Source of the DNA: an uncultured Phycisphaerae bacterium
Lineage (GTDB): Bacteria > Planctomycetota > Phycisphaerae > Sedimentisphaerales > Anaerobacaceae
DNA: 47,562 nt
Assembly (NCBI GenBank): GCA_965372295.1
Contig: CBDVBU010000001.1
Coordinates: 1 to 47,562, forward strand
Reading direction: 5' to 3'
Shown: one piece after another, positions 42,523 through 47,562 of the stretch
Layout: each line of letters begins with the position of its first letter
Position numbering within the stretch: position 1 is the first letter of the stretch
Notes under the pieces: model-generated
Databases searched by the model: none
Seen by the model: only the letters and a program-made list of their open reading frames with translations
Told to the model about the DNA's origin: nothing
Made by a program: the position numbers and the translations under genes

Positions 42523-43321
42523 AGACATCAGCGAGGACCGGTTTGCAGGCAAGAGCCGAAAGCATCTAAATAATGTTGCCCTGCGCGCATACTCTGTCCA
42601 AAAAAAGTCTGTCCGGGGAAAAATCGAGGACGAACAGATAGCCGAACTTCTGCCCATGGTCCACAAGATAGCCAGGCGGGTCGTAATATATTTGAAGCCT
42701 CCGTTATCATTTGAAGATATGGTCTCGGCGGGAACTGTCGGGCTTGTTAGGGCCGCTCGCGATTTCGATCCTTCTCACCAGGCCGAATTCAAAACCTACG
42801 CTTATATCAGGATCAAAGGTGCTATTCTCGATGAACTGAGAGGCTGGTCCTTTATGCCTGATAACCTCAGAAAGCGGATTCGCATGGCCCAGCAGCTCAG
42901 CCGGAAGATCACCGAGCAGACAGGAACGGCTCCGGCTGATACCGAATTGGCTGAAAAACTTGGAATAACTGTTGAGGAGCTTTACGAAACGTTCGAAAAC
43001 GCCCGGGCGCAGCATTTTATCTCGCTTGACGGCTTTGGCGAGGATTCACCTGTACTGAGTAATCTTTTGACATCTTCACATACGATTGCTCCTGAAGAAA
43101 AGATCGAACGGGAAGAGCTTATAGAAAAGTTAACAGAGGCGATACGGCAATTATCCGAAAGACGACGGCAGGTGATTCTGCTTTATTACCATCAACAACT
43201 GACAATGAAACAAATCGCGGAAATTTTAGAAATTACCGAGTCACGAGTCAGCCAACTGCACGCAAGTGCTTTGTTTAATTTGTCAGTTAAATTAAGGCAG
43301 TGGAAAGATGGCAGATTATGA
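42506..43321 (+). CDS. fliA: FliA, flagellar sigma factor sigma28 (GTG start)
   Basis: Region 2 is DMVSAGTVGLVRAARDFDPSHQAEFKTYAYIRIKGAILDELR. Region 4 HTH is LTMKQIAEILEITESRVSQLHASALFNL. Confidence 0.85.
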   Translation: MSVQTKDISEDRFAGKSRKHLNNVALRAYSVQKKSVRGKIEDEQIAELLPMVHKIARRVVIYLKPPLSFEDMVSAGTVGLVRAARDFDPSHQAEFKTYAYIRIKGAILDELRGWSFMPDNLRKRIRMAQQLSRKITEQTGTAPADTELAEKLGITVEELYETFENARAQHFISLDGFGEDSPVLSNLLTSSHTIAPEEKIEREELIEKLTEAIRQLSERRRQVILLYYHQQLTMKQIAEILEITESRVSQLHASALFNLSVKLRQWKDGRL

Positions 43322-43535
43322 TTCCAATATGATAAAGCCGGTGGATGCTTTGAAGAATATCTCGGGCTTGACTCCGGTAAAACACCGTGAAGAAAGAAAA
43401 CACCGGCAGCAATTACACGATGAAAATAAGGAAAAAGACGAAACCATACAGGGCGAAGAAACTCTGCCGGAAGAGGGAACCGGCAACGAAAGTGATAGTA
43501 ATTCGGACAGTATTGGGATTGATTACTGTGCTTGA
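43308..43535 (+). CDS. Small acidic hypothetical protein (75 aa)
   Basis: The ATG overlaps the fliA stop region. The protein is charged and probably disordered (…HREERKHRQQLHDENKEKDETIQGEETLPEEGTGNESDSNSD…). I recognise no family. Support comes only from operon position and ORF length. Confidence 0.35.
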   Translation: MADYDSNMIKPVDALKNISGLTPVKHREERKHRQQLHDENKEKDETIQGEETLPEEGTGNESDSNSDSIGIDYCA

Positions 43536-43567
43536 CTGTAATCGATAAATAAGAGTTAGGATAATAA

Positions 43568-43825
43568 ATGATAAGACCGGCAGGGCGGATTTTAAAGAGT
43601 AATGATGTTAAACTCGAAGGCCAATTCCATCTCGGTGCGGCACAAGACGGATCGGATTCGTCGAAACGGCAAGTCGCAGCTTCATCTGCACCAAAGGTAC
43701 GTATCCTGGAAAATCATCCGGAATACGCCGTAATAGAAGTAACCTGTTCCTGTGGGACAACAATGTCCTTAAAGTGTGAATATGCCGGCGCCGCGGCAAA
43801 GGCTCCGGATGATTCCCAAAAGTAA
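43568..43825 (+). CDS. Small Cys-containing hypothetical protein (85 aa)
   Basis: It is in the same orientation, 32 nt after the previous ORF. The C-terminal segment is KVRILENHPEYAVIEVTCSCGTTMSLKCEY (C-x-C ... C). I recognise no family. Confidence 0.4.
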   Translation: MIRPAGRILKSNDVKLEGQFHLGAAQDGSDSSKRQVAASSAPKVRILENHPEYAVIEVTCSCGTTMSLKCEYAGAAAKAPDDSQK

Positions 43826-43876
43826 AAAGTTGCTGTAGTACATTATGACAATTGAATTTGTAGATAGATACCGAAA

Positions 43877-43959
43877 GGGTGGCAGCCTCAAAGCCGAAGG
43901 CTTTGGGGATGGTAAATGCCAGAGAAACCATCCCCAAGCTGCGCTTGAGGCTGCCACCC
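43877..43959. repeat. 83-nt nested inverted repeat (15-bp perfect outer stem, 10-bp inner stem)
   Basis: The outer stem is GGGTGGCAGCCTCAA (43877-43891) paired with TTGAGGCTGCCACCC (43945-43959). The inner stem is TTGGGGATGG (43903-43912) paired with CCATCCCCAA (43928-43937), with a 15-nt loop. It is intergenic, and the three ORF-track entries crossing it look spurious. Confidence 0.6.
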
Positions 43960-44030
43960 AATCGCAGGAAGACAACCTGCAAATTCATGCGTGACAGAAT
44001 ATTAGTGCTTATAAATCGAATGAAATTAAT

Positions 44031-44618
44031 ATGGAGAAAAATACAATGCAAATCGAAAAGAAGATAACCGGTTTAGTGATTTTATTGGTTCTAATATTCC
44101 TGCTCCCGGGCTGCTCATCCAGTCAAAAACCGGCGGACCTCGCCGTCGAGCCTGTTCCTGTCGAAAGACAGCAGAATGATTCTATTGCCAAGAGGTTCCA
44201 GGAACCTGTCTCGGAAGGCCCAACCGTAGTCGAGTCGGCAATGAAATTATCGGGAGAATACGCCAGGCTTACCCGGGAGGCGGCCGTATTACGGCGGCAA
44301 AACGAAGACTTTATCGCCCAAAACCGTCAGCTTAATGAGCAGGTCGTTTCTCTTGATGCCCAATTACAGCAGGCACAAAAAGAGTTGGCCGAAGCTAATA
44401 GCCTTCTGATTGAGATGCGCGTTGAATTGAACAATTGGAAAACCGACATCCTCGGCTTCCGTAATGAAATGCGTAATGCCGAAACAGCCCAGTTGGAAAC
44501 GCTGCTTCGGATACTTAAAGTTCTCGGCGGACAGGTCACTTCAGAATCGGCCAGGGCTGAGAATACAGCAAGCGTAGGCTCAGCCGTCGCATCGCTGAAT
44601 AAGCCTGACCGGCCTTAA
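44031..44618 (+). CDS. Coiled-coil lipoprotein, uncharacterised
   Basis: It has a signal peptide with a lipobox (LVLIFLLPGC|SSS), then a ~110-aa heptad-rich segment (LTREAAVLRRQNEDFIAQNRQLNEQVVSLDAQLQQAQKELAEANSLLIEMRVELNNWK). Confidence 0.6.
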   Translation: MEKNTMQIEKKITGLVILLVLIFLLPGCSSSQKPADLAVEPVPVERQQNDSIAKRFQEPVSEGPTVVESAMKLSGEYARLTREAAVLRRQNEDFIAQNRQLNEQVVSLDAQLQQAQKELAEANSLLIEMRVELNNWKTDILGFRNEMRNAETAQLETLLRILKVLGGQVTSESARAENTASVGSAVASLNKPDRP

Positions 44619-44650
44619 TAGCAGAAAACGATAAATATTAGGTGAATCGA

Positions 44651-45370
44651 ATGAACAGCCCGGCAACGGTATTATCGTATCTTTTGACTCGTAACTCATC
44701 GTTTATCGCCCGTTATTCAAGGCAAAGGTTGCGATTTGCAAGCCGCAATTCACGTAAATCATGGGGCACAATATTGCTGTTGTTGGCGGTCCTTTTATCC
44801 GGCTGCCGTACCCATAGTGCCTCTGCACCGGCGGCAAATCACTATTATCGAAATCCAAACAAGAAACTGACTACCATTGGAAGGGTTGTTATTGTTGAAC
44901 TGGATAACGATTCGAGTTATCCACAGATTTCCAACGATATTACCGGATCGCTTTTCCAGGCATTGCAGAAGAAGCAGGTTTTTGGCTTAACTTTAGTCCG
45001 TCAGCATGATCCTTCGTGGCGAAGTCTGCAACTTCAGCGGGACTCGACCTATACTCTTGAACAGTTATTGGCAATCCGCGAGACGTTAAAGTGTGATGGG
45101 GTGCTGCTTGGAACTGTTACGGAATACAGGCCCTATCCTCATATGTCGGTTGGACTGCGCTTGAAGCTTCTGGACCTGAGAGATGGGCAGTTAGTATGGG
45201 CTCTCGAGCAGATTTGGGACAGCGCCGATAAAACGACTGAAAAACGTATCAAGAGCTACTTTAAATCCGAGAAGAGATCGGGTTTTGCACCTTTGCATGA
45301 AAAATTGGCGGCTGTCAGTCCGCTTGAGTTTATCAAGTTTATTAGTTATGAAGTGGCTGGGACGTTGTAG
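44651..45370 (+). CDS. Lipoprotein with an LpoB/FlgO/CsgG-N-like fold signature, uncharacterised
   Basis: The lipobox is LLAVLLSGC|RT. It shows the motif pattern typical of this lipoprotein fold class: a beta strand plus acidic residues (GRVVIVELDNDSS), then ...CDGVLLGTVTEYRPY..., then VGLRLKLLDLRDGQLVWA. The start is uncertain (GTG 44642, ATG 44651 or TTG 44729). Confidence 0.5.
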   Translation: MNSPATVLSYLLTRNSSFIARYSRQRLRFASRNSRKSWGTILLLLAVLLSGCRTHSASAPAANHYYRNPNKKLTTIGRVVIVELDNDSSYPQISNDITGSLFQALQKKQVFGLTLVRQHDPSWRSLQLQRDSTYTLEQLLAIRETLKCDGVLLGTVTEYRPYPHMSVGLRLKLLDLRDGQLVWALEQIWDSADKTTEKRIKSYFKSEKRSGFAPLHEKLAAVSPLEFIKFISYEVAGTL

Positions 45371-45487
45371 TTGAGGTTCCGGCTGAAAAAAAATGGTTGG
45401 AAATAACAAAAAAGGTTCTTTAAAAGCAATATTTCGTCTAAATAAGGCATTAACTTTAGAAAAAAATGAAAATTCAGCAAAAACTTC

Positions 45488-45514
45488 TAAAGTTTTATCT
45501 AAAACCTGCGAGAA
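45488..45514 (+). promoter_or_regulatory. sigma28 (FliA)-type promoter upstream of flgM
   Basis: TAAAGTTT-N11-TGCGAGAA has a perfect -35 octamer and correct spacing, with 5/8 in the -10 versus GCCGATAA. It lies about 39 nt upstream of the flgM ATG, in a 182-nt AT-rich gap. Confidence 0.4.
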
Positions 45515-45552
45515 GAATCGTAGACAAAGGATTTTAGGAACGCTATTGGGTT

Positions 45553-45822
45553 ATGATAGATAAAATAGGAACAAATAATCAACCATTGATTGAATCCGGA
45601 TCATCAACCGGGCAGCCGAATCCTCCGGGGGCTCTTCGAGGTAATGATGTGGATGTATCTATTCAGGTAAATTATGCTTCTCTTGTCGATAAGGCGATGC
45701 AGCCGCCGAAAACGGATGACCATCTCGTCCGGCAGGCGCGAGAGCTTTTATTGTCCGGCAAGCTTGATAGCAAGGATATAATCAGAGCTGCTGCAGAAAA
45801 CATCTTACAATACGGTATCTAA
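45553..45822 (+). CDS. flgM: FlgM-like anti-sigma28 factor
   Basis: 89 aa. The N-half is disordered-looking. The C-terminal helices (DDHLVRQARELLLSGKLDSKDIIRAAAENILQ) match the FlgM pattern (…kV..lk.aI..G.y.vd...iA..ll). Confidence 0.55.
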   Translation: MIDKIGTNNQPLIESGSSTGQPNPPGALRGNDVDVSIQVNYASLVDKAMQPPKTDDHLVRQARELLLSGKLDSKDIIRAAAENILQYGI

Positions 45823-45904
45823 GGGCATTATATGATATAAAAATAGATTGCGTGGCCCGGCCAAGGAGGGCCTGCTTAAAAGCCCGAACGGATTTTATAA
45901 ACCC

Positions 45905-45949
45905 GGCGAGGATGGATGTTATGTTCTACTCCTCGCCGTTCTTTTATTT
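45905..45949 (+). terminator. Rho-independent terminator after flgM
   Basis: The stem is GGCGAGGA (45905-45912) paired with TCCTCGCC (45930-45937). It is followed by GTTCTTTTATTT. Confidence 0.55.
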
Positions 45950-45991
45950 ACAATCCGGAACGCCGGATATCGAAGGCCGCCCCATTTTGCA

Positions 45992-46480
45992 ATGGCACCG
46001 CCAAATATAAAACTGCATACTTCAATTGTCGATAAATTCAAAAAGCTTTGGAAATATTACTTCCTGCAAAGCTTATTGGCCGGCATTGCTTTGTTTATCC
46101 TCGTTCTCGTTCTGGACAAGGACAGAATGGTTGCAATCAGCGCAATGGGCGCCACGGCCTTTATCGTATTCGCAATGCCCACCGATGTCTCCGCACAAAC
46201 AAGAAACGTTATTGGCGGTCATTTGGTTGGCTTGGTATCGGGAACGATATTCTATTTCACTCCTCTGCCGTATTTGATTGAGTATCCCCTCGTGGTTGTA
46301 GTTGCTGTCTTCGTTATGGCAGCTTTGGACGTTGAACACCCCCCGGCAGCGGGTACGGCCCTGGCAGTCGTGATAAATGAGGCTTATCCACTTGATGTCT
46401 TTGTCGCCGTAATGGCAGGTGCGGTAATACTATCACAATGCCGTTATTACTTGAGACATCATCTAAAAGATTTGGTTTAG
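45992..46480 (+). CDS. HPP-family integral membrane protein
   Basis: It has multiple TM helices and the family-defining HPP motif (ALDVEHPPAAGTALAV). I prefer the ATG at 45992 because the longer TTG-started ORF would read through the flgM terminator. Confidence 0.6.
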   Translation: MAPPNIKLHTSIVDKFKKLWKYYFLQSLLAGIALFILVLVLDKDRMVAISAMGATAFIVFAMPTDVSAQTRNVIGGHLVGLVSGTIFYFTPLPYLIEYPLVVVVAVFVMAALDVEHPPAAGTALAVVINEAYPLDVFVAVMAGAVILSQCRYYLRHHLKDLV

Positions 46481-46513
46481 ACTTAAACGTAGAAATCAAG
46501 AGTCCCAACGTCC

Positions 46514-46960
46514 CTAAGATTCCCCTGGAGCGGCAATGTTAAGCTCTTTCTTCACTTGCTTACGTCCTTTGATGCCACAGAATAATGCAAAGATGCAAAC
46601 GACAAAGATTGGAAGCACACCCGAATACCATTGATGCATAAAAGGAGCTGTGCCTCTTAAAGTGACTAAAACGTACTGTGAGCCATCATTCACTGATTTA
46701 TATTTTGGTAGAACATCGGAGTACCACGCTTGAGTCCTTCCTGTTACTGTCTTACCTGTTGATAACTTAACTGACCGATTTTCGGAATTTGATAATTGTC
46801 TATAGTCTTCTTGCGTAATCACATCAACATTGTAGTGTTGTGGATTAACAGAGCGATACTGTGAATCGTAATATAAGAACTGCATGAAGACTGTATGGAT
46901 GGTAATCCACAGAATGGAGAAACCTGCCAGAAAAAGTGAATTATTCGGTATACATTTCAT
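46514..46960 (-). CDS. Hypothetical membrane protein (TM at both ends)
   Basis: 148-aa ORF with hydrophobic N-terminal (LFLAGFSILWITIHTVF) and C-terminal (VLPIFVVCIFALFCGI) segments. It looks more AT-rich than the flagellar genes. I recognise no family. Confidence 0.4.
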   Translation of the reverse strand: MKCIPNNSLFLAGFSILWITIHTVFMQFLYYDSQYRSVNPQHYNVDVITQEDYRQLSNSENRSVKLSTGKTVTGRTQAWYSDVLPKYKSVNDGSQYVLVTLRGTAPFMHQWYSGVLPIFVVCIFALFCGIKGRKQVKKELNIAAPGES

Positions 46961-47433
46961 TTTAGTTCCTTTCGCTTAACAACGTTTATATCGTTTCCGC
47001 ATAAGACCCTATGTCTGTCTGAGTCTCAGTATAACACCCCGTTGCTTGAAGTCCGTAGAAAATTCCGGGTCCGCCATACTTAATTCCAGCCGATGTCGTA
47101 GGGTGGCGGCTTGCCCCACCAAATTCTAAATCCTAATATCGAAATACGAATTGTCAAACTGCCAAATCAGCAATCTAAATAATCAATAGCAAATAATCAA
47201 TAATCAATCGCCACCCCTGTCACTAAGAAGAACAACTCATCGAAAATTGCACCCCCTATAGGGCAGGCGTACCCCTTTAAGCTCCCCTATAAAGACTCTA
47301 GATCTTCACGTGTCATCCTCTTTAATGTACAGTTGTCCTGATCTTAATCTGTTTTTTTTAAAAAACAGGGCTTATACCAAAAGTTGTCAAAAGCCCCGAA
47401 CTAATGTTAAGTAGCTACACGCCATATCAAATC

Positions 47434-47562
47434 TTATGGCTGCTGTTCCGGCTCCGGATTGGGCTGATATAGAAGGATATCGTCTATAAACATCTTGCCC
47501 GAACCGCCGGGAGTTGTCATATTGCCCTGGGTGCCTATACCAATCGCAATTCTGTCGACATC
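47434..47562 (-). CDS. 3' end of an unidentified CDS (the 5' part lies outside the window)
   Basis: The minus strand is open from the window edge: DVDRIAIGIGTQGNMTTPGGSGKMFIDDILLYQPNPEPEQQP*, with the stop as complement TTA at 47434-47436. This is 43 codons, too short for the ORF track. The ...FIDDI.LY ending resembles the C-termini of LamG/CBM-type secreted proteins common in PVC bacteria (from memory). Confidence 0.35.
   Translation of the reverse strand, partial: DVDRIAIGIGTQGNMTTPGGSGKMFIDDILLYQPNPEPEQQP

Noticed and set aside
45224-45231. An exact GCCGATAA (sigma28 -10 consensus) about 320 nt upstream of flgM.
   Set aside because: It lies inside the lipoprotein coding sequence, and there is no TAAA or TAAAGTTT at the required distance upstream (that position reads CGAG).
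1-47562. A search for CRISPR arrays, tRNA or rRNA genes, transposases, integrases, prophage genes, and toxin-antitoxin or defence-system genes.
   Set aside because: I saw no regularly spaced direct repeats and no tRNA-like cloverleaf candidates in the few intergenic gaps. None of the translated ORFs has DDE, tyrosine or serine recombinase motifs, or nuclease or defence-type motifs. Apart from its last ~1.7 kb, the window is a dedicated motility locus.

Overview
About 45.8 kb of this 47.6 kb window is one flagellar super-locus. I can name roughly 40 flagellar genes from sequence motifs. The composition and repeat types suggest a PVC or Planctomycetota-like diderm, but that assignment is low confidence.

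Layout:
- 2-13081 (+): fliE (5' truncated), fliF, two tandem fliG, fliH, fliI, fliJ, a MotE/YlxF-like gene, motA, two tandem motB-like genes, then a sigma54 promoter followed by fliO, fliP, fliQ, fliR and flhB.
- 13099-30539 (-): a long gene train converging on flhB. Read in its own direction it runs sigma54 promoter, flgD, flgE, a membrane PilZ/YcgR-like gene, flgF, flgG, flgA, flgH, flgI, a FlgJ rod-binding-only gene, flgN-like, flgK, flgL, a second sigma54 promoter, a TPR-glycosyltransferase, a TPR protein, fliT-like, a sigma28-type promoter and fliD.
- 31124-45822 (+): a FleQ-like sigma54 activator, a sigma54 promoter, an 853-aa TPR membrane protein, a secreted TPR-like protein, an NtrC-type response-regulator activator, fliL, fliM, fliN, flhA, a small membrane protein, fliA, four uncharacterised genes (two of them lipoproteins), then flgM with its own sigma28-type promoter and terminator.
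- 45.9-47.6 kb leaves the locus: an HPP-family membrane protein, a hypothetical membrane protein, AT-rich repeat-laden spacer and a 3' gene fragment.

I found no rRNA, tRNA, CRISPR array or transposase.

Most noteworthy observations:
- the tandem FliG paralogs
- one MotA with two MotB paralogs, one with a degenerate peptidoglycan-binding motif and the other carrying a G9 tract
- a membrane-anchored PilZ/YcgR-like gene with a degenerate c-di-GMP motif inside the rod/hook operon
- a sigma54-driven TPR gene pair heading the fliLMN-flhA operon
- an uncharacterised four-gene module between fliA and flgM
- an 83-nt nested inverted repeat

All family calls come from motif recognition by eye. No database search was run.
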